This document shows, piece after piece, positions 8,632-18,390 of a stretch of 50,746 nt of DNA. Under the pieces are notes generated by a model. It made no database searches. It was given only the letters and a program-made list of their open reading frames with translations, and was not told the origin of the DNA. Numbering within the stretch: the first letter of the stretch is position 1; every line of letters begins with the position of its first letter. The DNA is from a virus (Duplodnaviria; Caudoviricetes). Made by a program: the position numbers and the translations under genes. The stretch lies in IMG/VR virus record IMGVR_UViG_3300048998_000054, positions 1-50,746 of that record. The stretch is one strand, 5' to 3'.

Positions 8632-9837
8632 TTATTGCTTCGCGAAGCCAGCTTGCGAACGCGCCAAAAACGCAGCACGGCCAACCAGTTTAGCAGCGCC
8701 ATCTTGCGCAGCGTGCTCCTGTTTGGCTTTGCCGGTCAGTGCCTCGGCTACGCGGGCTGCATCACCCGTGTTGCGGTTGGCGGCCGGTACGTGCGTGGTA
8801 GCCAAAACGTTGAACACCATGCGCACTGTTTCTGCGTCTGCTGCGTCCAGAGTTTTGCCCATCAACATCGCGTCAACGGTCGGCTTGACTTTGGCATCCT
8901 TGGCGACCACTGCGGCAACAACTTCCTTACGCACTGCTGCGCAGGTTTTGCCGGTAGTGGTAACATCTGGGGCCAGAGCTTTGGCGTCAGCTGTCATCTT
9001 GGCCCAGTCGGATACCATTGCATCGCGTGCTTCTGGCGTCATGACGTCTTTCTTGAGGGCCGCAATTTCGGTGTCCTTGGCAGCAACGAGAGCATCGTGG
9101 GCCGCTTTGGTAAGCGAACCAGCGAGGGAATCGCCTGCAACTTTCAGATCGCCGACAGCTTTGTCGCGTTCAATTACGAGTTTGTTGATGGCAGCAGCAG
9201 CGGTATCGCTGACTTCGAGCGGGATGCCATCAACAGTGACTTTTTGCATTGTCATTATTGAATCTCCAGTGGGGGTTGAGTTTGAATCAGCGATCCGGCA
9301 AGCCGAACCACACCGCGCAGAATCCACCATTGCTACATGGTTTCCACGGATGTTCTTCATTGACCCATCGAACGCTTCACCTTTGTGATTTGTTCCAGGG
9401 GTCATATCCAGTTGAAAGGCGTAACCAATGCTCAGCTCTTTCTTGCCAGAGCGGTAAGCCTCGACGGCGTCTTTCGACCGTATGTAAATTTCAGCAGCAG
9501 TTACAAATTCGCCATTTTCGCGCGGGCCGTGCACATCCCCCTTAACTAGCTTGCTCCAAGTATCAGCGGCTACGCCTTTTGGCGGGTGGTCCACAGTTAG
9601 TGGGGTGCGGTCAAGAGTCTTCAGCGAATCAGGGGCAAACACTTCCTCAGGCGAACGATTGAGGCGAATGACCTTCATCGGGTCTATGCCGCTGTCTTTG
9701 TCCAGGCCGAGTTCGTAAGCGTAGTAACTTTGCACGCCGGTACGAGCGATGTTGCTGTTGCGCGCAATAACGTAGCCCTCATCCGTCACAGTGACGTTAG
9801 AGAGCGAGAATTTATCTACTGCGAAGTACGTGTTCAT
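8632..9837 (-). CDS. Prohead protease-scaffold (DUF2213-like)
   Basis: IARTGVQSY, LTVDHP, ELSIGY, GNHVAMVDSARCG motifs; Ala-rich C-terminal half. Confidence 0.85.
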   Translation of the reverse strand: MNTYFAVDKFSLSNVTVTDEGYVIARNSNIARTGVQSYYAYELGLDKDSGIDPMKVIRLNRSPEEVFAPDSLKTLDRTPLTVDHPPKGVAADTWSKLVKGDVHGPRENGEFVTAAEIYIRSKDAVEAYRSGKKELSIGYAFQLDMTPGTNHKGEAFDGSMKNIRGNHVAMVDSARCGSACRIADSNSTPTGDSIMTMQKVTVDGIPLEVSDTAAAAINKLVIERDKAVGDLKVAGDSLAGSLTKAAHDALVAAKDTEIAALKKDVMTPEARDAMVSDWAKMTADAKALAPDVTTTGKTCAAVRKEVVAAVVAKDAKVKPTVDAMLMGKTLDAADAETVRMVFNVLATTHVPAANRNTGDAARVAEALTGKAKQEHAAQDGAAKLVGRAAFLARSQAGFAKQ

Positions 9838-10679
9838 CAGTTGTCCTCGTCTAAGTTAAACACGGGCAGAGCGGTGCAGCGGCAGTTAATGTCGTCGCCC
9901 GGATGTCCGGTAGTTGCAGGAGGGCTGTCCCAGCGGAACACCATGCCCTCGTTGGCTATGTGCGTTTCGCGCTCACGCTCGTCCATCGCGCCTGCCCACA
10001 TGTATGAATCGATGCCCAGCGATGTTTGGCGGGCTTCGTTGAAGGCGGCATTCATCTTGCTGGTTTGGTCGCGAGCTATCAAGTTGGCACGGCTCTCGGT
10101 TACGTCGCCTGCTTCTACCAAGCTCTGGGCTATTTCTTCAGCACGCTGCCCTGTTTGCACGCCATTGAACACCGCCGTGCGCACACGTTGCAGGTATTGG
10201 TCTGGCATGCTGGTAATCAGTTCTGTGTTGGCGATGATGCTGCGTTCCATAATGTCCGACACGGCCGCGTTGCCGAGCAGCCCTGTTACGTCCACGCTGA
10301 CACTCTTCTTAATGGAAGTAATGAGCTGAGCATCGGTTGCGTCCAGGCTGCGGCGGGCTGCCATCTCTGCCAGCGCCTTTGCGCGTTGGCGCATACCACC
10401 GAACTGCGCTGCCAACCTGTTGATGCGGTCGTTCAGGTCGCCGCTGTAGCCGTCGCCAACCGAAACACTATCTTTCGACCACAGAGGGCTGAGCTGCTTG
10501 ATTAGCGGCATCAGCTCCTGCTCTGTTGCGGCCTTCATGGCGCGCACAATCTCCAGCAGCTTGGACTTGTACCACAGCTCGTTCGCACGGCTTGGCTTCG
10601 GTCCTCGCAGCACACGCGTACGCTTCCGCAGCCGGTTAGGCCGCTGAGCAACAGCGTGACGGAGATTGATGGCGGTCAT
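9837..10679 (-). CDS. Head morphogenesis protein (Mu gpF / SPP1 gp7 family)
   Basis: RANLIARDQTSK, DERERETH, HPGDDINCRC motifs. Confidence 0.9.
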   Translation of the reverse strand: MTAINLRHAVAQRPNRLRKRTRVLRGPKPSRANELWYKSKLLEIVRAMKAATEQELMPLIKQLSPLWSKDSVSVGDGYSGDLNDRINRLAAQFGGMRQRAKALAEMAARRSLDATDAQLITSIKKSVSVDVTGLLGNAAVSDIMERSIIANTELITSMPDQYLQRVRTAVFNGVQTGQRAEEIAQSLVEAGDVTESRANLIARDQTSKMNAAFNEARQTSLGIDSYMWAGAMDERERETHIANEGMVFRWDSPPATTGHPGDDINCRCTALPVFNLDEDN

Positions 10680-12187
10680 TACTCGGCTGCCTTCGCAGGG
10701 TCGGTTTCTGTCGGCTCTTTACCGGTCTGCTGCGCTGCCAGCTTGGCGGCTTCGGCGGCTTGCTCTTCAGGGGTTGGCTTGAGTGTAGGCTTGCCAATGA
10801 CGTTACCGTTCTCGTCCATTGGCAGCGACAGTTCTACGGCCATGTCTACATCTTCTTGCGTGAGCGTCTTGTAGGTGCCGTCTTCCAACAGCTCCTTGGC
10901 TATCGCGCCTTCGCTCAGTACACCTGCGGCTAAGTACACGGCGTCGCGGTCTGCCTTGGTCTTCTGAGTTGTCGCAATCTCGGCATCCGACTGCTGCCAC
11001 AGACTGTTGAACTCGAAACAGTAATCATCCGGGTACATGCCCAGCTCGCTACGCACCAAAATCTGGTCTAGGTACTCCAGCTTTGGCCGCAGATCAGCCT
11101 CTTGCTCAGCTGAAATACGATCGTAGTAGTTGCGCAGCTCGCCGTCACCTGAGGAGTTCATGCCTGCCGCTGACTGCCCAAACAACCGAGTCATTGGCAT
11201 GTCGGCAGCGCCGCAGCAATCCACTTGGAACGCCAGCAGGATTTTGTCCAGATTCGAGAAGTTGTTGGACTTCTTCTCGTACGTTTCACCTTCACCGAGC
11301 AGCAGAGTGCGATTGAAGGACTTCATCATGGCTGCCAGTTGGAAGCGCTTGACGATTTTTGCCTCACCGTCCTTGGAGCTAGCCAGCTCATTGAGCTCTG
11401 GCACCGTAACCACGTCCAAGTTCGCCTCGAACACCATAGTGGCAATGCCGCGTGAAGTGACGTCACATGATTGCAGGCTGTCATAGACGTGCTGCAATTC
11501 ACTGTCGTCCCACATGGCGTTCTGCAGCCACGCAAAGTACGGCAGCTTCTGTCCGTTGAACCGAATGACGCGGGTCCAATGCACGAACACTGCGGACTCT
11601 GCCAGTGTGTAGTACTCTGGCAGGCCGAAGTTCGGAGAGGCGAGGTCCGTGGTGCGCTGCCCGGAAGCGCTCACGCGCCAGCGGTCGATAATCTGCAGCC
11701 ACTGCAAATCATCTTTCTTGACCTGCTCTACTATCAGCGGCTTGGACATGTCAGCGTCCTTGGTGCCGATAATCAACAGAGCACCGCCATACAGGCGGCT
11801 CCACATCAAGCATTCAGTGATTTTCTGTTTGAGCCCGAAGCGAACTTCAGCGCGCTCAATGGCGTCCTGATCGTCCTCTACTTCACTTTCAAACGTGACA
11901 GTGCGCCACTCACGCGTCATGTCCTCTGCCGGTGCGTTGATGATGCGCTTGGCAAGCCAGCTCGTGCGGTACATGTTCTCCAACTCGTAACGGGTCAGCG
12001 CCCGTGGCGTGTTGTAGTTCGTGTAGGACATCTTGTCACGGCTGGTGCCAAGCCCTGCAACGACGTTCTCCAAGCCGTCAGCGCCTCGGTAGTTAGAGGG
12101 TTGAGAATCCACCAGAAACAGGTTCGGCTGAACCGGCTTGTTGGTGCGGCTCAGTGCTGCGGAAGGAGACTTGACGTTGCGCTTCAT
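10679..12187 (-). CDS. Portal protein (DUF1073-like)
   Basis: 502 aa; MYRTSWLAKRII..PAEDMTREW, RLYGGA, MPMTRLFGQSAAGMNSSGDGELRNYYD. Confidence 0.9.
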   Translation of the reverse strand: MKRNVKSPSAALSRTNKPVQPNLFLVDSQPSNYRGADGLENVVAGLGTSRDKMSYTNYNTPRALTRYELENMYRTSWLAKRIINAPAEDMTREWRTVTFESEVEDDQDAIERAEVRFGLKQKITECLMWSRLYGGALLIIGTKDADMSKPLIVEQVKKDDLQWLQIIDRWRVSASGQRTTDLASPNFGLPEYYTLAESAVFVHWTRVIRFNGQKLPYFAWLQNAMWDDSELQHVYDSLQSCDVTSRGIATMVFEANLDVVTVPELNELASSKDGEAKIVKRFQLAAMMKSFNRTLLLGEGETYEKKSNNFSNLDKILLAFQVDCCGAADMPMTRLFGQSAAGMNSSGDGELRNYYDRISAEQEADLRPKLEYLDQILVRSELGMYPDDYCFEFNSLWQQSDAEIATTQKTKADRDAVYLAAGVLSEGAIAKELLEDGTYKTLTQEDVDMAVELSLPMDENGNVIGKPTLKPTPEEQAAEAAKLAAQQTGKEPTETDPAKAAE

Positions 12188-12188
12188 G

Positions 12189-13454
12189 TTACGCCTCGAA
12201 CCATTCGTAGGTCACGTCGAAGGTGCCGCCTGTGAGCGTAGCGCCGTTGAGATTGACCGCCAGTTGTTGAGCAATGCCGCGCAGAACAATCGGCTTACCT
12301 TTGTCGCCCAGCTCGTACGTTACAACAGGGTTGACCACGCTGGTAGCCCCGCCAATCGGCTGGTAGTTACGACGCAGCGTACCGACTGAGGTGCCCAGTG
12401 CTGTTGGGTTGGCCGTATAGGCCGCCAAGGTTGCTGTGGCGGCTGCATCGGCGCTGTCGTGCGGTACGGCTGTGCCTGCTGTGGAAGTGCCGCCTGTGTC
12501 CGCCGTGCTGCGCTTGACCAGCAATACTTCATTCAAGCCTGCTGTGGTTTGGATGCCGGAGATAATGACCTTGGTCACATAGACCGTCTTAGAGGCCGAG
12601 CCCGTGAGCACTGCGACGTCTGTGGCAGCCGCTGCGGCAGCAACGTTGACAGAAGACGAGTAGGTAGCGGCGGACTTCTCGTAGGTTTGTTCCAGCAGCG
12701 CGCCGAACTGGTTAGTGGCGAACTCGTTGTAGTCGCCAGTGTTTGAGGACGACACGGTCAGTGCATCGCGGCGCACACCCAAGGTGAACACGCCTGTATC
12801 GCCAGATGCTGACACTGCATCCTCTGCCTTACCGAGTGACGTAGCGGTTGCGCCGGGCAGAATACGAGTGACGTCGACTGCCAGACCGTTGACGGTAGTA
12901 GCGCGAAGACGGTCCCAGGTGGTGCCGTTGTAGCCCATCAGGTAGCAAAGGTTTTCCAGGAAGTCGTTATCGTTCGTGCGGCCATCCTGAGGGCGCTGCA
13001 CGCTGCCCGGCTGAGCATACGCACGCAGGTTGGTCTGGATGCTGAGCGCCGTGGTGAGCGTAGCGCCGTTCGTGTAGCCTACGCGCACAAAGCGCAGGTT
13101 AGGGATGATGTTGAAAATCTTCGGGGTAGCAGCCGGGATGGTGTAAGCATCCGTGCTAATGGCCGCCGTGGTGATGCCAGCGTCCGGGCATTGCTGAATT
13201 ATCAAGCCGTCAGTTGCAGAGGCGTGAGAGGCAAAGATGCCCACCGCAATCTGCGAGTAGTTCAGTGTGTCAATCCACGCACTGCCGGTGAACACAGCAT
13301 TGGCCGCCAAGTTGGCCGCAGTAGAGTTCTCGGCAGAGTTGATGCCCGCTGAGAGCTTGCCGTTTATCGAGCTCAGGCTGGCATTGCCAGTGACCTGATT
13401 CGCTGCAGAAGCGTCGCCGCCTCCACCCCCGCCTGCTGATCCTGGGAAACTCAT
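12189..13454 (-). CDS. Hypothetical Ala/Thr/Gly-rich, probably virion-exposed protein
   Basis: 421 aa from the ATG overlapping the upstream TGA; beta-rich composition; lies in the head operon. Confidence 0.6.
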   Translation of the reverse strand: MSFPGSAGGGGGGDASAANQVTGNASLSSINGKLSAGINSAENSTAANLAANAVFTGSAWIDTLNYSQIAVGIFASHASATDGLIIQQCPDAGITTAAISTDAYTIPAATPKIFNIIPNLRFVRVGYTNGATLTTALSIQTNLRAYAQPGSVQRPQDGRTNDNDFLENLCYLMGYNGTTWDRLRATTVNGLAVDVTRILPGATATSLGKAEDAVSASGDTGVFTLGVRRDALTVSSSNTGDYNEFATNQFGALLEQTYEKSAATYSSSVNVAAAAAATDVAVLTGSASKTVYVTKVIISGIQTTAGLNEVLLVKRSTADTGGTSTAGTAVPHDSADAAATATLAAYTANPTALGTSVGTLRRNYQPIGGATSVVNPVVTYELGDKGKPIVLRGIAQQLAVNLNGATLTGGTFDVTYEWFEA

Positions 13455-13729
13455 ATCACTCTCCATGTGTCGTTCTGCGCGCCCGTGAACTTGATGTGAG
13501 TCACAGGGGCATTGAGAACGAGCGTAAGTTGCGTTGCGGATGTAACATCAACCGTTGGCTGGAAGTACTCAGTTCCGCCATCGGTGGACACTTCGATCTT
13601 GCGGCCGCCTGCTGCACTTTTCAGTGTGGCAGCCAGCGGAAGGTCTCGGCCTCTGAGGCCTATTGGCAGAACGGCTACTGCTGAGACATCCAGCGTGCCG
13701 CTCTCAAATCCTGTATCGTAGAAACCCAT
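13451..13729 (-). CDS. Hypothetical small protein
   Basis: 92 aa with AGGAG RBS, translationally coupled to the next ORF. Confidence 0.65.
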   Translation of the reverse strand: MGFYDTGFESGTLDVSAVAVLPIGLRGRDLPLAATLKSAAGGRKIEVSTDGGTEYFQPTVDVTSATQLTLVLNAPVTHIKFTGAQNDTWRVI

Positions 13730-13741
13730 GGTAGGGCGCTC

Positions 13742-15229
13742 CTAAAGATTGTCGTAAATGGAAGCCTTGGTGCCGAGCAAGTCATCAATGGCGTCAAGGG
13801 TGGGGTCGAGCTGATCGTCATGCGCGTGCGTGTCGTCTTTGGTAATGGCGTCCAGCTCGGCGCAGTAATCGGAGAGCCAAGGCGCTTCGGCTGGGATGCA
13901 TACGAGGCCCGACTCCATAGCTGGCTGACCGTCGTAGATGCGAGTGAGCTTGTCCCTGTTGCGTGGGATGCCACGTACCGGGATGCTGCCTTTGTTCTTA
14001 ATCTGTTGCACGAGGCCGGTGCCTGAGGACTTATCCTCGATCTTCATAGCGCTCAGTGCGCAGGAGAAGGCGTCACGTTCCTTGTGCTTGTTCCAGAAGT
14101 CGATGGCCTTCTTAAGCAGCTGGTCAGCTTCCCACTTGCCGCGTATGAGGTCAACGAGGTAAATCTTGCCGTTGTCACCGAGGCCCCAGAGTTCGAAGAC
14201 ACTGTAATCGTTCGCTTCCTTGGTCTTCTGCGCGGTGTCGCCGTAGATGCGGAGCTTGCGAAGTGTTGGCAGCACGGTGTAGCGTGGCAGCCAGTCACTG
14301 TTCAGCACTACGCCGCCGCGTGGGTTAGGGCGTTGCTGGAGTTGCGCAGCAGTGTGGTAGGTGCCCAGCGTGGTCTCTAAGGTCTTGACGGTGTCTTCGT
14401 TCAGCCGCGTAGGGAACAGCAGCTCACCTTCCTTAGTGCGAGGGTCCTTGAAGCCGATGGTCGTAGTGACCGCGTGCTTCTTCACGTAGCGCATAGGCAG
14501 GATGAGGTGACACCAGCCAGCATCGCGCTCTTCACGCAGTATGTGGCCTGTCAAGTCGTTCTCATGCAGGCGCTGATGCACGATGATAACAGCATCCTCC
14601 TGCGGGTTATTCATACGCGTGGCTGCCGTGCCTTTGTACCACTCAATGGAGGAGAGACGCTGTGGTTCGCTGTTGGCCTCTAGGCTGTTGATTGGATCAT
14701 CGACGATAATGCGGTTGCCGCCAAACCCCGTACCAGCGCCCTCTGTAGAGGTGACCACTCGCTGCCCGCGCTTGTTGTTCTCGTAGCGCGTCTTAACGTT
14801 TTGGTCGCCGGTCATCTCAAAGCAGTCACTGTAGCACAGCTCAAAGTTAGGCGACTCAATAATGCGGCGGCTATTGACAGCGTCCCGAGTGGCGACGTCC
14901 TTAGCGTAGGAGGCTGTTAAGTATTGCAGGTGCGGGCGCGTAAGCCACTCCCATACAGGGAAGGTCTGTGTTACCAGCGTAGACTTAAGCATGCGGAACG
15001 GCATGTTGATGATGAGCCGCTTAATATCGCCGCGTGACACGGCTTCCAAGTGCTCACACACTGCATCTATGTGCCAGTTATCAACGAACGGAGTGGCAGG
15101 CTCTAGGACAGGCCATGCAAATTCTTTGAAAAACAGCTTGAGGTTGCTTTTTGCATCGATGGCTAGCCGACGGAGCTGCTCTTCCTTGAGCTGACGCTCT
15201 ATGTGAATCAGGAAGGAAGAATCGCCCAT
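13742..15229 (-). CDS. terL: Terminase large subunit
   Basis: RLIINMPFRMLKS (Walker A region), IIVDDP (Walker B), IYGDTA, IEDKSSG and HDDQLD nuclease motifs. Confidence 0.93.
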   Translation of the reverse strand: MGDSSFLIHIERQLKEEQLRRLAIDAKSNLKLFFKEFAWPVLEPATPFVDNWHIDAVCEHLEAVSRGDIKRLIINMPFRMLKSTLVTQTFPVWEWLTRPHLQYLTASYAKDVATRDAVNSRRIIESPNFELCYSDCFEMTGDQNVKTRYENNKRGQRVVTSTEGAGTGFGGNRIIVDDPINSLEANSEPQRLSSIEWYKGTAATRMNNPQEDAVIIVHQRLHENDLTGHILREERDAGWCHLILPMRYVKKHAVTTTIGFKDPRTKEGELLFPTRLNEDTVKTLETTLGTYHTAAQLQQRPNPRGGVVLNSDWLPRYTVLPTLRKLRIYGDTAQKTKEANDYSVFELWGLGDNGKIYLVDLIRGKWEADQLLKKAIDFWNKHKERDAFSCALSAMKIEDKSSGTGLVQQIKNKGSIPVRGIPRNRDKLTRIYDGQPAMESGLVCIPAEAPWLSDYCAELDAITKDDTHAHDDQLDPTLDAIDDLLGTKASIYDNL

Positions 15230-15232
15230 GTA

Positions 15233-15640
15233 CTATTCGTCGCCGATGATGTTGGAGCCTGCCTTGGCAAGCAGCGCCAAGAACACTTGAATTTCCTTGT
15301 TGGTAAGACCCTTGAGCTGAGCAACGTCCATGAAGTTAATGGGTTTGCTCATGTCTCCACCTTCTATGGCGATTGGCATCTTACGGTGCATGTAGGGAGC
15401 GGCCTTGTTGGCGGCGTCTACACGGGTTTCGATTGGGACAGTCTCATCACGGCACACTGAGATAAATAACTCAATGGGAGTAAGCCCACCTGTCATGGCA
15501 GCGATCTGCTGACGCTGCTCGTTGGTGAGCTTGTTGGCGTGGTTGGGGATTCCCTTCGGGCGTCCGGCTGGGTTGCCTGACTGCCCCTTCTTGAACTGGG
15601 TTGCTACCGGAGGAGGAGGTGCTCCCTTACCTCGTGCCAT
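15233..15640 (-). CDS. terS: Terminase small subunit
   Basis: QFKKGQSGNPAGRPKG and AANKAAPYMH motifs; directly upstream of terL; GGAG RBS before ATG 15640. Confidence 0.8.
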   Translation of the reverse strand: MARGKGAPPPPVATQFKKGQSGNPAGRPKGIPNHANKLTNEQRQQIAAMTGGLTPIELFISVCRDETVPIETRVDAANKAAPYMHRKMPIAIEGGDMSKPINFMDVAQLKGLTNKEIQVFLALLAKAGSNIIGDE

Positions 15641-16118
15641 GATCTTCTTTCTCCGTGTGCTGATTACCGTGATTGAGAGCCTGCAAACATCAGGCCTCTG
15701 TATGGGCGTCATTATGCACGGGGCGGGTGGAGTTGCCAAGCGGTATTTGTAGCTCCGCTATCTTTGGCAGATAAGATATCTCACCGGCCCTAGACAGGCT
15801 ACGATTTGCGAATCTAATGGCGGCCATAAACGGTGCAAACGATAGGAGAAACTATCTGGATAATAACTTCCAAAGCGTAGCCTGCATAGGCTTTGCCTTC
15901 TTTTTATATCTCAAAATCTAATTAAAATGAATTTAACATTACAAAAGGCTTTGTAGTTGTTGGTTTTTAGGGCATAATATGCTTTGAACATCTAATAACT
16001 GTTGTGGTTTAAAAAAAGGTGGACTGTATTTTTACGGATTGGATTTTCTCTGAACGCGTAGCCCTGCTAAGGTCTTGATTAAATCGCAAATCGCATCACT
16101 TTTTCAAAAGGATCTAAA
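15641..16118. promoter_or_regulatory. Divergent AT-rich control region (promoters and/or replication origin)
   Basis: Largest non-coding gap, AT-rich core around 15895-16050, separating the two transcription arms; contains repeated motifs. Confidence 0.6.
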
Positions 16119-16778
16119 ATGACTAAATTCTGTATTCTTTCACACCCGGAAGGCGTAGTGTCCGGGAAGCTGGTAGATCTTGTCGGGGCCATTTCGGCTG
16201 CCGTACGAGAAACTTTAACCCACCAAACGAAGGAGATGTACATCAAAGTACTTAGCCCGACGCATGCAGTTGTGTCAGACGTTCACGGTCATGTTTATTA
16301 CACGGCCGGGCTGCGGAGTGTCTTGGCGGGCAACCCCGGTAGACCTGCGGCAACTCCGCGCATTGCCGTAGAGAGTGATTATTACAAGTGGCCCGGCACC
16401 AAACCTGCAGACGGTTGGTACAGCGCAGCCAATATTTGCGAGCTCGCTATAGACAACGCAGAGGACGTGCTGAAGGAGCTGAGTGTTGGTGACTTCGCGA
16501 TGGTGTACATCCGCCGGGGCGGCCTTGTTACAGGCAGCATGGCGTTCAAAGGCTTCCTGCAGGAGTGGAAGAAAGAGTGTGAGAAGACTGGCTTGAGCTT
16601 GTCACGCGAAAAGTTTGCCAAGCGCTTGGCCTCGCAACATATAGACGCCGTAAAAGCATGGCCGGAAAAAACAGTAGCAGCGTTCTTGGTGCGCAAAGCC
16701 ACACCCACAAAATTGGTGGCGCTTTACAAACGCAGCACGGAGTTCGTATATAAACCAAAAGAAGAGGCCGAGCAATGA
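16119..16778 (+). CDS. Hypothetical protein (first gene of the plus arm)
   Basis: 219 aa ORF with AAGGA RBS. Confidence 0.7.
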   Translation: MTKFCILSHPEGVVSGKLVDLVGAISAAVRETLTHQTKEMYIKVLSPTHAVVSDVHGHVYYTAGLRSVLAGNPGRPAATPRIAVESDYYKWPGTKPADGWYSAANICELAIDNAEDVLKELSVGDFAMVYIRRGGLVTGSMAFKGFLQEWKKECEKTGLSLSREKFAKRLASQHIDAVKAWPEKTVAAFLVRKATPTKLVALYKRSTEFVYKPKEEAEQ

Positions 16779-17008
16779 TGCCCTTTATCGAAGCCACTGG
16801 GCGTTTCCGCCTCAAGGGCGTTCCCCTTCCTCCGCTCACAGCAGAGCCAGCCCACACCGCCAGCCGCAACGCTCGGGAAGGCCGTTACATGGGCAGGCCG
16901 TTTGGCCGCCATGCACGCTGTAAGAGTATTGCAAAACTCAGCATACCGAAGCTGCGGGTGCTGCACATTCAACGCCTGTGCGATTACTTTTCAAGGAGCC
17001 AAGCATGA
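16775..17008 (+). CDS. Hypothetical basic protein
   Basis: ATGA coupling at both ends. Confidence 0.5.
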   Translation: MMPFIEATGRFRLKGVPLPPLTAEPAHTASRNAREGRYMGRPFGRHARCKSIAKLSIPKLRVLHIQRLCDYFSRSQA

Positions 17009-17238
17009 GCAGCTTTAAAATAATGGAGGTGACCGTAACAGAGGAAGCCGACACGCACGACATCGGGGACTTGGTGCTTACCCACAAAGGAGACTTTGTA
17101 GTAAGCTGGGCCAAACCGAAGGATAACCGTGCCGCCAAAGCGGTGATGGAGGCCATGCTGCAAGCGGCGTATGAGCTGGGCCAGCGGCACCGTGGCGCAG
17201 AGATTAACGAAGCCCTTAAAAAGTTAGGTGTGCTATGA
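17005..17238 (+). CDS. Hypothetical protein
   Basis: AAGGAG RBS and ATGA coupling. Confidence 0.65.
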   Translation: MSSFKIMEVTVTEEADTHDIGDLVLTHKGDFVVSWAKPKDNRAAKAVMEAMLQAAYELGQRHRGAEINEALKKLGVL

Positions 17239-17555
17239 GCGACATACAAGAAACAGACCGGGAGTTTATAGAGTTAGCTGCGAAAGCCGCTGGAATACAA
17301 ATAGAGTGGTTAGGAAGCGGGGCGTGCTGGAGGCCAAACCCGGTGTTCAAGCCTTGGCATCCACTTACCAACGACGCGCATGCGCTGCAACTGGCGGTAA
17401 AGTTGCGCATGACGATAAAGGAAGAGGTCTATGGCGTTACAGTCACGCTGCCTAGCCATGACATCGAGGTGAATGAATTTGGCTACGCCCATGAGGCCGC
17501 CACACGCCGCGCCATAGTTCTAGCCGCTGCCGCACTAGGGAAGTTAATGCCATGA
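17235..17555 (+). CDS. Hypothetical phage protein
   Basis: ELAAKAAG..WHPLTNDAHALQLAVKL..ATRRAIVLAAA resembles a common proteobacterial phage early protein. Confidence 0.7.
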   Translation: MSDIQETDREFIELAAKAAGIQIEWLGSGACWRPNPVFKPWHPLTNDAHALQLAVKLRMTIKEEVYGVTVTLPSHDIEVNEFGYAHEAATRRAIVLAAAALGKLMP

Positions 17556-17731
17556 AGCCCACCAAGTGCGAACAATGTAAGCGTGGGCCGACCTACCACG
17601 AAGGATGCAGCCACAGTGCATGCCCAATGCGCCGGGTATTGACCGCCAACATAACCGGACAGAGCTACGTCACTTCCAGTGGCAGCACACCGGCGTTCGC
17701 TTACCTTAAAGAACCAACCAACAAGGAGTAA
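17552..17731 (+). CDS. Small Cys-rich protein (59 aa)
   Basis: Manual translation MKPTKCEQCKRGPTYHEGCSHSACP; ATGA coupled; below the ORF-track cutoff. Confidence 0.5.
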   Translation: MKPTKCEQCKRGPTYHEGCSHSACPMRRVLTANITGQSYVTSSGSTPAFAYLKEPTNKE

Positions 17732-17735
17732 GGCT

Positions 17736-17915
17736 ATGAGCACCACCTGTTCTGCTTCAGGGGATAATCTATACGCGTGGCGGGAGGCTAAGAACCACGT
17801 AGACGGTGTTGTGGGATGCCCAGAGTGCGGTAAGCCCATCAAACTTCAATACATGAAGAAGACTGACAAATTTCGTACGAAAATACCTTACCACTTGCGC
17901 AGGGTGCGTAAATGA
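17736..17915 (+). CDS. Small Zn-ribbon-like protein
   Basis: AAGGAG RBS; CPECGK motif. Confidence 0.55.
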   Translation: MSTTCSASGDNLYAWREAKNHVDGVVGCPECGKPIKLQYMKKTDKFRTKIPYHLRRVRK

Positions 17916-18121
17916 TTTGTCAAAATGTTAACACATTGTCAAACGGCAACGTTGCGGGCATAATGGCGGCGCTATGTTGCATTGGTGGCTGGGCCTTACC
18001 CTCCCGGCTGAGCACTAAGGGTCTCCGTGACCTGCTCTGGTCTGTTTTGCTCCCGCAGACACCCACACCTTTGCGGCTAGCCTCGGGTAAGGGAGCAATT
18101 GAACACGGAGTTCCAAAATGA
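17912..18121 (+). CDS. Hypothetical protein
   Basis: ATGA coupling at both ends. Confidence 0.4.
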   Translation: MICQNVNTLSNGNVAGIMAALCCIGGWALPSRLSTKGLRDLLWSVLLPQTPTPLRLASGKGAIEHGVPK

Positions 18122-18390
18122 TCGAAACAAACACACCTACATTAGAGGAGTGGTTAGGCGGAGCACCGCTTATAACCATTTCTGCATCCGGCACTGTCGT
18201 GCGCCACGCTTGCCTGCTAGAGAAGAAGCAGGTAGAGACGCTTGTGCTGGGCACCGTTAATACTCCCATGTACGGCATTCAACCATACTACAGCGACATT
18301 GCTTGGCTGCTAGATAACCAGCACCGGGTGATCGCCTCCAATGCCCTGTACTTACTGCACGAAGGCCTATGTAACATGGGCAGCCTATGA
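18118..18390 (+). CDS. Hypothetical protein
   Basis: GGAG RBS and ATGA coupling. Confidence 0.6.
   Translation: MIETNTPTLEEWLGGAPLITISASGTVVRHACLLEKKQVETLVLGTVNTPMYGIQPYYSDIAWLLDNQHRVIASNALYLLHEGLCNMGSL

Noticed and set aside
3363-9261. Long plus-strand ORFs (3363..4679, 6254..7195, 7029..8249, 8065..9261)
   Set aside because: They are antisense shadows of well-supported structural genes, with no recognisable motifs.
10679-12187. Possible anti-CBASS Acb1 label sometimes attached to DUF1073 proteins
   Set aside because: Size, position and motifs fit a portal, and I see no paired HxT/S phosphoesterase motifs.
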